From positions 3,534,001 through 3,598,000 of the forward strand of contig OX597823.1 in NCBI GenBank assembly GCA_951406725.2: 64,000 nucleotides of DNA, read 5' to 3'. A program made the position numbers and the translations under genes. This document shows, piece by piece, positions 25,525 to 39,139 of this stretch. The notes below the pieces were generated by a model. That model saw only the letters and a list, made by a program, of their open reading frames with translations. It ran no database searches and was not told where the DNA came from. The stretch is from Octopus vulgaris (taxonomy: Eukaryota). The first letter of the stretch is position 1. Each line of letters starts with the position of its first letter.

Positions 25525-26883
25525 CTAAAAAATGTAGGATAAAATATAAACAGGAACTTCTCAGTTAAATACTGACAAAATAATCAGTTAACATGTCCTT
25601 ATATTTTTCGAACAAGGACACAGATCATGTCACATAGCCAGCTGGAGATGATGTCTCCTGTGGTTAAATTACAGCAACATTCGTCCTAAACCAGGACTGC
25701 ATGTTATGTTGGCAAACAGTCTTTACTCCAAAGTACTGTTACTGAATATCTCATGTTGTGAGATTTAAAAGTAGTAATTTTCTAAATCAGTTAACATGTG
25801 ACTTTTTAAAAACCATTTTTCTGTCGAGTTTTTCAATATATTTTCATATTACTGCAGGTGAGATAATTCTACAGATTGATAGTTTCATATAAGGTCATTA
25901 ACTCTCTCAGACCTACACCGCTGCATCTAACTTTACCCTCCACCTGGGCTCTTGAGAAATAAAAAAAAAACCCAACAAAAGTTGCATATGCAGCTAATCT
26001 CTAAGCCAGACCCATCTGAGGTGCAATGCAGACTCTGATGAAATTGTCCTGGATGCATTTGTCCAGTGTTTGACAACCTGTGAAGTTATGTCAAACAATG
26101 TTACATGTAAAACAAATCTAGCTATTAGCCAAGTCCATTGTGAAGATCATCCCACCACTTTCCTTTGCCTGGGAAGGACAGGCAATACTAATCGATCTGG
26201 TGGCTTTAATGAAATAGGCTGTGTTGTGAACAAGATTGAAAGGGGCTGAAGACCAGATACTTTTCTCTTTGGCCAAGCCCTCGTTAACTTTTTCAGGTTT
26301 CATTTGGAAAGTGAAAGGCAGACGAAAGCAGCAGACCTGATCTGAGTCTGTGCTTACATTAAAGTGCCTTGGCGATCCCAGTCACTGTGGTTTTGTGGGT
26401 TTCCCTCTTTTTGGAAATTATTTGAAATTTATTGCTTCTTTGCAATTCTCCTTCATGTAATCGCACATTGTATCATCCTGTCCCGTTCCTAATGTTTCTG
26501 TCAGCTTGTTAGTGATAAATTATTATTATTAAGGTAGCAAGCTGGCAGAATCTATGTATCAGACAAAATGCTTAGCATTTTGTTCTGAGTTCAAATTCTG
26601 CCAAGGTCAACTTTGGTACTAAAGAGGATGAAAAGCAGTTACACACTGGGGTTGGTGTAATTGCCAAATGCCTTCCCCTAGAATTACTAGCCTTTGCCAA
26701 AATTTGAAACAATAATTATTGTTGGATACATAGGATTAAAGATGGGGTGAGATGATGCCAGCTGTGGTGAAAGCAAAAAAAGTTTTTAGTAGGAGAGGAA
26801 TAGCACAAAGATTATTCCTTTACATTTTTGTTGTTGTAAATCTCCAGTATTATAGGGATATTTTTGCTAATCAACAAACTCAC

Positions 26884-27085
26884 CTCTCCTAACGAGTTCC
26901 TTGCCTTCGTCAATGAGTTCCTGGGTCATGTCATCATCACCAACAAACTGCTGAAAGCCAAGGAAGTGAAGAATCCGACTGCCTAAACTGAAGTAGGTAC
27001 ATATACAGAGCAGAACAATAGCAATGGGGAAATATATATTGAAACCGTCAGACACAATAGCAATCACATCCATATGACCCATAAT
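26884..27085 (-). CDS. LMBRD2: LMBRD2 coding exon 10
   Basis: tttcag|[20 protein letters not shown]...[26 protein letters not shown]|gtgagt; 202 nt. Confidence 0.95.
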
Positions 27086-28664
27086 CTGAAAGAAACGAAA
27101 CAGAGAAATATAGGATTAGCGATAAGAATCTCCATTTGTAATCAGTGAGAGAGCAGGGTACAGATATATGAGGCCTGACACCCATTGGGACTACCTGTCT
27201 GATAAGGGTACACCACAACCATATGTGTGCAACATGGTGATCTCACATCAAGACAAACAACATATGACCTTGCAGGTGGGACCCAGTTAGAATTTTCTTC
27301 AGGTTGAATAGCCCATCTCGCTCAAAAGGTTTGTTAAGGATGATGAACGAAACTCCCATGTTTCCAGAGGTAAATTATTCAAACACCACAAAATTCCTCT
27401 CAACACATGGCTTTGATGCTCCCCAATTACTTCTGCTTGTGGTCAGAGATGCACATATTGTCAGCCACTAAGGGACGTGCTCAACTGGTTACGGTCAAAC
27501 AACTGACTGAGGTATTGAACAGAATATTTGCTGTAACCCATCTTTTATACCAAGACAAAACAATGTACATGACATCAGAAGCCAACACCTGGTACTGCAT
27601 CAGGGCATTTATTATCATTATTATAAAGACTTGGCAGAATTGTTAGAGTGCCAGATGAAATACTTAGCGCTATTTCACCCGTCGCTAGGTTCTAAGTTTA
27701 AATTTCGCCACGGTTGACTTTGCCTTTCATCCTTTCAGGGTCGATAAATTAAGTACCAGTTGATCACTGGGGTTGATGTAATCGACTGGCCCCCTCCCAC
27801 AATTTTCAGGCTTTTTGCCTATAGTAGAAAGGATTATTACTATAATGGTGGTGAATTTTATAGAATTATTAGTGTTGAAATAAATGTCTCACAGTATATT
27901 TGTTTTGGTTCTTTAGTTTTGAGTTCAAATCCCATTGAAGTCAACTGTTCATCCTTTCGGGGGCCAATATATATAAAGTATGAGTTAATGCCAACAACTT
28001 TGAGAATGTAATGGGTGCTTTTTAAGTGCGTCCGGCACACATATATATATATGCGTAAATGTTCTGAGGAGGGTGACTGCATTTGGGGTAAATGGGGCAC
28101 AAAAGCGAGGTAGACCGAGGAAGAGATTGGGTGGGTTGGTTTGAAAAAGGAGCATGCCCAAAACTGGGCATGATGGCGTGAGGGTGGTTGCTATGGCACT
28201 GAAGTAGATCTGGCCATCCCCGTTAGCGGAGGCAAAACCTGGATTTAAAACACTGGATGATGATGACAAACACACAGAATGGGTTTCTTCAGTTTCGGTC
28301 AAGGAGATCTACTCACAAGGCTTTGGTCAATCCAAGGTTATAGTAGAAAATACTTGTTCAAGGTTTCATGACTGGGATTGAACCAGAAACCATGTGGTTG
28401 GGGAGTAAACTTCTCAACCACACAGCCATGCCTGCACCCAGCCACTTTTCTTACAAATATAACATTATATAAGATTGATAAAGTTTTTCTCTGTCGTATA
28501 TGTGTCAGATTGTAAGAGAGAGCAGCAGGTGGTGAGACATCTAACTCATGCCAGCATGAAAAATGTGGAAGTAAAATTAATGATGTTAAGTTCACAAAAC
28601 TATTTCTGTTCTAACAGCATGTGGGAAGTAGTTAGAAATAATTAAATAAAGCAGTATTTCTTAC

Positions 28665-28773
28665 AGTTGTGTAAGCTGTTTCCTCAAGATTATTGACGTG
28701 AGTTACATGGCTGTCCAAATGGATCAAACCAAGGAAATTGAGGCACAACGGAGGTGTTAATCGACAGAGCATC
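28665..28773 (-). CDS. LMBRD2: LMBRD2 coding exon 9
   Basis: tttcag|[36 protein letters not shown]|gtaaga; 109 nt. Confidence 0.95.
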
Positions 28774-28857
28774 CTGAAAAGAAGTGAGAGCAACAGTAAA
28801 TAAAAATAAGGACAAGAAAATACATTCAGTGTTATAGAAGTACAACGTTCTTTTATG

Positions 28858-29240
28858 CTTTTACTGGTTTTGGTCACTTGTCTGTGGCCATGCTGGAGCA
28901 CCGCCTTTTAGTTGAGCAAATCGACCCCAGGACTTATTCTTTGTAAGCCTAGTACTTATTCTATCAGTCTCTTTTGCTGAACTGCTAAGTTATGGGGACG
29001 TAAACACACCAGCATCGGTTGTTAAGTGATGTTGGGGATACAAACACAGATGCACAAACATAGACACACACACATATACGATGGGCTTCTTTCAGTTTCT
29101 GTCTACCAAATCCACTCGCATGGCTTTGGTTGGCCCAAGGCTATAGTAGAAGACATTTGCCCAAAGTGCCACGCAGTGGGACTGAACCCAGGACCATGTG
29201 GTTGGTAAGCAATCTACTTACCACACAGCCACTCCTGCGC
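28858..29240 (-). mobile_element. tRNA-derived SINE family B, full length (another at ~60645-61033; many partial copies)
   Basis: Head GCAGGAGTGGCTGTGTGGTAAG...GGTTCAGTCCC, a CORE-like TTGGGCAA(G/A)TGTCTTC segment and an internal CA/TA microsatellite. Confidence 0.85.
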
Positions 29241-30721
29241 CTTACCAAAATATTTTATGGAGGTCAATCAGACTTGCAGTTACTCAAAACAAACCTCAAT
29301 CACATCCGTTTTAGAAGGGCCTTCAAAGGATGGCGTGAGGTACTTACTCTTAACTGAAGCATTCTGCCAGAAGAACAGTCTATGGCATTGGCAGAAACTC
29401 TTAGACTCTTAGTGAAATCAATGTTTCATTTGATCAACTGTTAGGGGAGGGGGAAGTTGCACAGAAAAGAAAGGAAATCATTAGATTAAGGTTTAAGGGG
29501 TCAGACAGAGTAGAGGTGATATAGTGTATTAGGGGGAGTAATGTATGTGTGAGAGAGAGAACTGATACATCTGTGAATCAGTGGTTTTAGCAGGTTTAAT
29601 GAAAGAGTGTTCGTCAACAAATTTCAGAAATGGTTTGGGAGTTTGTGTACAACATAATTTCAAACAAATATGTGAGCAATATTGCGACGTGGGCCTTACT
29701 TGAGCTTTGTACAGGGCCAACAATCGATCAAAGTATATTTGTAGCCATGAAGAGGAAACTTTGTTTTTAGTTGTGCTGTGAGGTCACAACGACAAAACCT
29801 TAATGATTCTGAACCTTAGTATCTAGCTCTCCCCAACCTCAACCCTTATCCACCCACCCTTCCTGATCTTCAATCCCTACACTCTCTCCTCTTTACCTTC
29901 ACATACCCTGTCACTTGGTCTCCACCATCTTTAGCTCTGTGTCCAGCTCCACCTCAATAACGTACCCCACCCTTACGTAATGCAAAGCAGCCATAACAAC
30001 AACAAACCCGTTCTTGTCCCTTCTATTATATTTTTATCTCTCACTTTCCTTTCTACCATGCCCCTTCATATTTAAGGGAGTTCTTTAGTCCAGCAAGGTA
30101 CATGGTAAACTCACTAGTGCTGGTGCCACTTAAAACAGCATCCAGCACTGTAGAGTGGTTGGTTTTAGGACAGGCACCCAACATCTAATCCATGCAGACA
30201 TGGAAAAATAGACCTTAGAATGGTGGTGATGATGGTTCATTGTTAAAACAGATACAGGGTTGGGAGGAATATTATAAGATAAAATTTGAATTATGTTTAA
30301 TACAGTAAAAACAATGTGGTTAATCCTTTAGCATATAAACCAACCATATCCAGTGAAAATATTGTTTTATGCTCAAATTAGCCAGATCCGGCCTCTCACA
30401 CCAATCCTACAATGTCAGTCTAAAAGAATGTAATCACATCAAAATCCCAAAGCTACAAGATAATCCATGATTAACTCAAGACAATATGAATAAAAAAGCA
30501 TTACAACTGACTGCTAAAGAGTTAAATAACAGTTATGTTGTTTCAAGATAACACGAGAATATTGCAGGTATTAGAGTATGGCTTTATAGTTTGTAAGTGA
30601 ATCCATGGTTCTAGTATTCTAGACTATGTTTTGTGTTTATAAATGCATTCATTGTATAAGAAGAGGAATCTTTAGATTTTGGGAGGGGTTTTGGTTTTGT
30701 TAAGAATTTGAGAAGACTTAC

Positions 30722-30855
30722 ATTCCAGTAAAGATCAAACTGTATTCGTTGGTTTGGTGGTGAGGAGCAATGTAATAGTAGTTGAGGATGCGGATTTGAA
30801 ACACAGTGTAGTAAGCACAGAAACACAGGAAGCCAATCGTCAAGATGGAGGTCAG
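30722..30855 (-). CDS. LMBRD2: LMBRD2 coding exon 8
   Basis: ttccag|LTSILTIGFLCFCAYYTVFQIRILNYYYIAPHHQTNEYSLIFTG|gtaagt; 134 nt. Confidence 0.95.
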
Positions 30856-31048
30856 CTGGAAAAGAAGAAGACAAACATAAACAAACAAACACTGCAGAGA
30901 GAGAAAGAGAGAGAGAGAGTTGTACGATGACAACATATTGACTGAGAAATTCAGAATAATCCGATTTGTAATTATTTTCAGTTTGAAATAATATGATTGT
31001 AACAGTAGGAGATGAAATAATGTGTTTCATGAGAAGTGAGGAGTTGTA

Positions 31049-31299
31049 CAATTCTATATTGAAGAGATGAGGAATTATTTACATTTGACGGATATTTGTC
31101 CTCATCTTGTTTGTTGTTAACACAACACTTTGGCTGATATACCCTCCAGCCTTCATCAGGTGTCTTGGGGAAATTTCGAACCTGGGTTCTCATTCCTAAG
31201 ATATTTTTCAATGTTATTATTATTCAGGTCACTGCCTGGAATCGAACTCGGAATCTTGGGGTTAGTAGTCTGGTCTCTTAACCACTACGCCATACGCTC
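31049..31299 (-). mobile_element. Stand-alone tRNA-headed hammerhead repeat with 13-bp TSD (copy 5)
   Basis: GTGAGGAGTTGTA at 31036-31048 and 31300-31312. The element starts at the tRNA-like head. Confidence 0.88.
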
Positions 31300-31734
31300 G
31301 TGAGGAGTTGTAATTTGCAAACCTTGCAACAAACATTACCTGGTTACATGGATCCAGGTGAATTTTGAAAGATTGAAATGAATCACTTTGCAATGAATTT
31401 ACTTTTATTGCGCTAGAAGTAGCAGCCAGAGCTTCCTCAAATCGCATTCGTTCAACACAGACAGGTGAGTCTTGACTAGAAAGTTATACAAATAAAATTG
31501 CTGTCTGGTCAAAGAGGAAATAAATCCAGTCGTTTAACATTGAATGTTTGATAGGTTAATTAGTTATGACGGTATATTTTCACTGGCATGATCATAGAGT
31601 TACTCTAAGGAGGTACTTCTAGATTATTCCTGCAGTGGCTAAGTATCTATAAAAACCATTTAATCCATATTACTATGTGAAAAAACTAAAATTATTATAA
31701 GATGCTCAGTGTATACAACAGAAACATTGTTAAA

Positions 31735-32475
31735 TCTTCTCCTGCAACTCAACTTGATTTCGAGCCGGGTAGTCTGCTGCTGGAGAGGACCGATCAGGTA
31801 AAGGACCTGGGTATCTTGGTGGATTCTTCCTTTTCGCCTTCGGCCTAGTGCGTCCATGCTGCCAACAAAGCACGCGGAGTTCTGTTTTTGATCCGATGGT
31901 CATTCGGAATGCTCACAGCAGCCATATTCTTACCGCTCTATGTCACGCTGGTGAGACCCATATTGGAGTACGGGATTCAAGCCTCTTCTCCTTATCTCCT
32001 CAAAGACATACATCATCTCGAAAGAGTCCAGAGGCTGGCTACCCACATGGTTCCTGGTCTCAAGCATTTGTCTTATGAAGAAAGGCTGAAGACGCTCGAC
32101 CTTTATTCTCTAGAAAAACGCCGCTGCCGTGGTGATCTCGTTCTTGCTCACAACATCATAAGCGGAAAGTGTAACCTCTCGAAAGAGCTGTTCTTCACTC
32201 CTGCTCCAGAGCGTCGGCTGCGGGGTCACTCCGAAAAGCTCTATCTTCGACGATTTCATCTCAAAGGAGAGGGGCTTTCTCCGTCCGGGTTGCGGATCCG
32301 TGGAATAAGCTGCCGGACGAGATAGTGAAGATGCCGACGACCGCTCGGTTCAAAGTCTCCCTTGACCACAAATGGCCTGAACTCTTTGCATGAACACCAC
32401 CCTGTACATAACTCCATGTCCCCCTACATGGCCTTGCTTTTTGCTTTTTGAGCCAAAAAATTAACTTAACTTAAA
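31735..32475 (+). mobile_element. 5'-truncated CR1-clade LINE (RT C-terminal region)
   Basis: VKDLGILVD, LYVTLVRPILEY, LERVQRLAT, LSYEERLKTLDLYSLEKRRCRGDL and LRGHSEKL motifs. In-frame stop, frameshift and (TTAAC)-type tail. Confidence 0.88.
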
Positions 32476-33012
32476 TTAAAATAGCTATCTATGTATCATA
32501 CCTAATGTATATACACCATTGAAAGACATGATGTTGTGGTTTTTGTCTGAGAGAAAATCTCTTCTTGCACATGTGTTAGAAGCACTGTGTATTAGTGCAA
32601 GACCAACATTTCCTCAGCAGCAGTCATTCATGAGGATGCTAGATGTGTTTTGGCTTCCTTGAGCCTTATCAATGATATCTATTCAGTTGTCATGTGCAGG
32701 GAATGATACATCTACTGATATTGCAGAAAGCTTGCTGGGTTGAATAAAACTCAGTGTACAAAATTGAAACAGCATTAAATTAAAATAGTCTTCTGAGTAC
32801 CACACCTAAAATATACACCATTGAAACGTATGCTGCTGTGGCCTTTGAAAGAGAGAAAATAATTTTGTTATTATAAAGGAATGTGAAATTTAGATTACAA
32901 TAAAACAGGAATTTTATATCATGGAACAAAATTAATCGATGTGTTAAAAACAAATATCAGAGTGAGGACAAAAACAATGAGCGATTGAAAGACAGATTTT
33001 TGCTGAATTTCC

Positions 33013-33049
<37 letters not shown>

Positions 33050-34979
33050 AAAAAAAGCAAACACATTAAAACACTGGAAAATAAGACAGAAAAATACATA
33101 TTGTTTCAGAAGAATGGAAGGTGAAATTATGTGAGTTTGATTGTATAAAATATTCCTTATTGTTTATAAAGCAAAATTAAATTATCAAGAAAGAGACGTT
33201 TATTAGCAAATTACTAAACTAAACGACAATAAAATCATTTAACTTTCTTTCCCAAGGTTGCTTTAGTTTATTTTTCTTCTGTTTATTAATATTAATATAA
33301 AATGCAAATCTAGGTCAGCTGTCTTTAAGAATGGAATGAGACTTTAGAAAGACAACAAGAGACTGTTTTGTTCAGATAATAATCTTTTATAGGGTAGGAC
33401 AACTTGTTCTAAAAGTGTAAAAGAGGGGACAGAAAGCAGAGATATAAGTAGGGAACAACAGTAATAAAAGCTGAAGTATGCAGAATAAAACACAAAAAGA
33501 CAGAAGGAGTGCAGAGGCAGGAAGACGGGGGAGTAATGTTGGTGAATTTTGGGAAGTGTATGGACTGTTTGAAGGATGTGGTGCCCTGGCAATTAACACC
33601 TGATCTGGGGTCGTTTATTTCGTGCTTCAACAATTCTGAGCAGGAAAACAGGAGGAAAACAACAGTAGAATATCATTAGAAAATTATTATTTTTAAAATG
33701 ATAATGAACTGATTGTAAATAGTAATCAGGTGTAGTACAACTGATTGGGGAAAGGTAAAAGAGGGGACAGGAAGACAGCAATGATAGTTAAAAGGAAAAT
33801 ACAGGGTGTGCAGAATGAAACAGGAAAAGAGAGAAAAGTGAAAATTCATAAAGAAGAAAAGATGCGTAAATATCAGGAGAAGTTTTTGGTGAATTTTGGG
33901 AAATACAGAGGGCTGACAACTAATGACTGCTGACACTGGTAATTTATTCCATGCTTTGATAATTCTGAGAAGAAAAAAATGATTAAGTCAACACAAGAAA
34001 TAGAGAAGTTGAAGGAGGAGAATCTTGAATTGAAGCAAGTTGAACTCTCTGTTGTATTTAACTGCAGAGAAAGAAGCCAGGCAATGTTGATTTAGGGCTT
34101 TGACTTAGAGCCAGAACAGGTTCCATGAGCAATTAACCTGGCTTCCAAAGGTCAGCATGAATCTCTTCATTTCAATTCTTTGGAATATTAAAACAATTAA
34201 TTGCCAAGTGTCATTAACTCTATTGATGCCAACAGTCCAAAGACTAACTCTAGTTCTATGATACAACCTTCCTCTTTTAAATTGATCTAAATTAAAACCA
34301 TTCATCACAATTTGATGTCATTTTAAGTTCCAAACACCAGCTTTTAATAACGACAAAGTTACTTCACTAAATTCTTCATAATCTTAAAAATTCCTTGAGA
34401 CAAAGAAGGTGCATTTCAATGAAATATGGTAACAAAGTAACAAAAGGGTTAAATAGGTCTATGTTCAAAGACATCTCACCCATGGCCACCCATTTTTTTT
34501 TTATTTAATCCCAGATTACATCATCCAATGATGGCAGAGTGTAATTTAACCCTTTTGATACCAGTCCACCTGACACCACCCCTGGTTCCATGATATAAAA
34601 TTCCTGTTTTATTGTAATCTAAATTAAAAACTTTCCATCAAAATTTCACATTCATTTATAATGAATAATAACAAAATTATTTTATTAAATTCTTCATTAA
34701 CTTCAGAATTAATTGCAAATATTTCAACAGAAATATGGTAACAAAAGGGTTAAGATTGAAATAAAAGTTGATCGAGTCCAAAAATAATTAAGAATTAATA
34801 AAACATCCCAACCTCAAAAGAAAAAACCCAAAAAACTTTAGAATTTTTACAAAGGGAAAGTCAGAAGAATTATTGAGTGAAAATTAATAATAGTCATTTG
34901 AAAAGAGAATCAGGGTGGGGAGGAATGGCAAAGGAGACCCCCCCCACCCCCCACAAAAAAATAATCAAAATGTACTGAC

Positions 34980-35161
34980 CTCAATGTAGACATAATCATG
35001 ATTCTGGTTGGCAAGATTTATGGAAACGGCAAACAACGACAAGACAGGTTTCTTTATAAAGAACAAACATTCTGACCAAACAACCATGAAAGACATCACT
35101 GCAAGACAGATGGCCACTATTTTCATCACCCACGGCTGGAACAGACATTTCCAGTACCATT
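34980..35161 (-). CDS. LMBRD2: LMBRD2 coding exon 7
   Basis: ttctag|(E)WYWKCLFQPW...VVWSECLFF...DYVYIE|gtcagt; 182 nt. Confidence 0.95.
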
Positions 35162-36074
35162 CTAGAAAAGAAGAAGAAAAAAAAAACAAAACAAATTAAT
35201 ACTATAGTTAAAATTATACAACAAAATACTGCATATATAATCAAAATAAGCAACAAGTATATCTGAGGTAGAGTAGTACAATTGTTTAAAACTGATGCAA
35301 TACTTACAGTGTTTAATAAAATGAAGTAGCATGAAACGATTGTACTACTCTACCTTGAATATCCTTGTTGCTTATTTTGATTATAATCACCCCATTTGAT
35401 TTATATGGATAATACCATACAAAACTCTGGTGCCTTTAACTTAAGTTCCATAGTCATCTGAATCTAAATTTTGCTGATATATATATATATGTATATAAAT
35501 GTAAAATCGAGGGATCAAGGTGTAGGAAGAAAGTTAGCTTCAAGCATTCAGTAGTGAATATGAAAAAAACAACTTTCAGGGACAACAGTACGTTATTGAG
35601 ACGGAATGGGAATTTTTTCATATCGAAGAACAATAAGTTAAAAAAAGTTCTTTTTATTTACCATGGTAGGCAGCCAGGTGTGTGGATAAGAATACAAGAG
35701 TTCTGTAATCCTTATGTATATATATATATGTGTGTATGTGTATATATATATATGTGTGTGTGTGTGTGTGCATGTATTAATTTTCTGAGGAATTTGTATT
35801 GCTAATACTTATGTACATGAAGTATCTACTCAATACTTTAAGTGTTGATGGTATAAGTGAATGCATCCAAGTATAGTACATCAATTCCACAGGATGAATA
35901 CTGCTGGTAAGATGGAGAAGATTCTGATCAATTCATCAATGAAGGATGCACCCATACCAACTAGGGACCACTACACTAAAGAGTTCCTATTTAATTAGTT
36001 AATAAATTATATGAATTGGTATTATCTGTAAGTTGATGATTGTAAGGAATCTATTCCTCCATTTTCTTATTTTG

Positions 36075-36125
<51 letters not shown>

Positions 36126-38522
36126 CATTATCATCGTTAAACGTCCGCTTTCCATGCCAGCATGGGTTGGACGATTTTGACTGAGGGCTGGCGAACCAGA
36201 TGGCCGCACCAGGTTCCAGTCTTGATCTAGCAGAGTTTCTACAGCTGGATACCCTTCCTAATGCCAACCACTCCGAGAGTGTAATGGGTGCTTTTTACAT
36301 GCCAACGGCACGGGGTCAGTCAGGCGGTACTGGCAATGACCTCGCTCAAATCTTTTTACACATGCCACCGGCACAGGTGCCAGTAAGGCGACGTATATAT
36401 ATATGTGTATATATGTATATATATATATTCCTCACTAATCCATTCAGTTGAGGGGGGGGGTCTTGTCTTGCAAGTTGCTTGGTGACCTCACACCAGCTAG
36501 TGCCTTGGAAAAAGTACCCAGTAGTATATTGTATTCTGGGAAGGAGTGTGGCCTGATGGTTAGGGTGTGGCACTTGGAAGTGTTCTTGAGCAAAACCCTT
36601 CATTTCACGTGGCTCTTGTGCTGTGTGGGGACCAGCATGCCAAAGAAAGACCCAACATTTTCTCTGATTGTTGTAAAAGGTGACTAAAAGAGGTTGAGGT
36701 AGGATTTGCACTCCAACCTTGCAAAACTCTGACCAGCAATGACCACCCAAGCAGATCCATGAGTTGGAGGGTTGTCACCTGAGTGGTGCAAAGGTGTCTT
36801 CCACTAGGAGTGGTAGGGAAGCACCAACAAAAGGTGAATAAAGCAACACACTGTTATGGTGCATTGTCCCCTACTACTACTACTACTACTACTACTATTA
36901 CACTGTGAAGTGGTTGGCATTAGGAAGACCATCAAGCTGTAGAAGCCAGATCAAAGCAGATAGTGGAGCATGGCATGGCCTTCTGGGTCACTGGTTACTG
37001 TGTGACCATCCAACACATGCCAGCATGGAAAATGGACATCAATCAATGAACGATTTTATGTCTGTGCATGACCAGCTTCCCATGATGCTGGCAATTGCTA
37101 TTTGGTGAGATGAATATATTATTAAGGCCTTGTTTTACTGCCAGGGGTTCTTTCTGTTTTTCGGTTAAGGGACCCTTTATTTCAATGTTGAAGGAGCAAA
37201 GTGAGTGGATAATTCATTGACAGAAGTGACAATAGCCAAGACAACACATCAATATTTGTAGCGACCTTCTTAAACAGAGGCTGTAAAGAAACACTCACAC
37301 ATACACACACAAACACCCATATATATACATACATGTGTGTGTGTGTGTATAGATATATTTTTATACACACATGCACTTAGGTATACACTTAAAAAAGTAT
37401 GTATGAGTATATACGTGTACACACACACACACACACACACACATGTCTATATCTCTTTATGTATATGTGTGTGTGTGTGTGTGTACAGAGAGAGAGAGAG
37501 AGAGAGAAAGTTGTAGTTGTTTGGCAAGTGACATGAGAAAGTGTGTTGAAAGCGAAACAATTGAAATTGTGTTGGAACCATGGTAACCAGAATATTTACA
37601 GTGAGCAGGGCTGGCATGTGGCCGTGAGAGAGACTTTGATATTTAATACTACATTATGCAGTAATAAATTAAAACAAAATGAATATAATAGCCACTGTGT
37701 GTGTGTGTGTGTGTATGATGCGTGTAATAGCTATTGATACACACATATACATACGTGTGTCTGAGTTCAATGAAAAATGCTTACCATTAAGTATGTTTAT
37801 GTATGCGTGTGATTGTGCACACACACATACACACACAAAAATGAAAGAAGAAATTAGAAGCACTCTGCACATTTAGAGTGGTATTTAATAGCAGACAACC
37901 GGTTGGCTGTGGGGTGGAGAAGTCTACGTCCCAACCATGTGGTTTTCAGTTCAGTCTTACAGCAAAGCACGTTCTGGGCAAGTGCTTTCTACCATAGCCC
38001 TGGGCCAACCAAAGCCTTGTGAATGGATGTGTGTGTGCATATATTTGTGTCTCGTTGTCTTGACATTGCACAAGAGTTGTAAATCAGTGTCACTATCCAC
38101 ATCCAAGCAATGTTGCTCACTCCTAACCTTGTATGGAAAACATGTCAGGCCATGGGGGAAATATTACTAGGAAACAGGTGAGTGTTGGTGACAGGAAGGG
38201 CATCCAGCCTTAGAAAATTTACCTCAAATTCCTTCTGACTGATGTGAGCAAGGAAAAGTGAATGCTAAAATTGAGTGTGTGTATTGGTGAAGATGCCATG
38301 TAAAAAGCGGTGATGGTACCACATAAAAAGCATCCAGTACACTCTGTTAAATGCTTGGCATTAGGAAGGGCATCCAGCTGTAGAAACCATGTAGAAAACA
38401 GGCTACTGGAACCTCGTGCAACCCATGCTAGCATGAAAAGCATGTTGATGATGATGATATATATATATATATATGCATACACACACACACACTACACTTA
38501 AGTCAAAACTATTTTCACTCAC

Positions 38523-38814
38523 CGACTTTAGGGTTATAGAAGTGTTTTGAGAGACCAGTTACAGAAACACTGGAGGAATAATGTTTGAAAATGCGTTCTG
38601 GGTTCGACTCATTATTTGCAACATCTTCCAAGGCAAACACCTTCTCCATTAACATGTTCCATTGACACTGAGTTCGCTGGTAGATCTGGGAAGCTCGGAT
38701 GACCCTCTTGTGCAGCCGAACCAGAGTACGTTCCGTCGGAGAGTCCATAGGGCTGTCGTAGTCCTCATAATCATCAACATTGCGCTGGATGGATTTTCGG
38801 AAGTTTTCTGGACA
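38523..38814 (-). CDS. LMBRD2: LMBRD2 coding exon 6
   Basis: ttccag|CPENFRKSIQRNVDDYEDYD...KHFYNPKV|gtgagt; 292 nt. Confidence 0.94.
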
Positions 38815-39064
38815 CTGGAAAGAGTTGGAAACATCGTGGGCTGTGTTATTGGTGTTTTGGTAAGTTTGTAGGGGACAACTGGGAGAGGGAAGAGGGAGTG
38901 GCGATGGTGAAGTGGGAGGCACAAAGGGGGAAAGAAGATAATAGACAAGGAAATAAAGAGACGGTGATTAGTGATGGAGGAGGGGATAAGAGGAGGGTTA
39001 AAGGGAGAGAAAGAGAGGGAGGGGCGAAAAATTAGAAGCATCCCTTAGTAAGAAATAAAATTAC

Positions 39065-39139
39065 CTTCAAAAGGATTGTGTCCACATGTCTTCTGAGATA
39101 ATGGTTGTAACGTATCGACTCTGAAGCCCGTTTGATTTC
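39065..39139 (-). CDS. LMBRD2: LMBRD2 coding exon 5
   Basis: ttgcag|EIKRASESIRYNHYLRRHVDTILLK|gtaatt; 75 nt; too short for the ORF track. Confidence 0.93.

Noticed and set aside
29670-29730. LINE RT relic LALYKAQVRPTSQYCSHI (minus strand)
   Set aside because: Probably a real fossil, but too short to delimit or classify.
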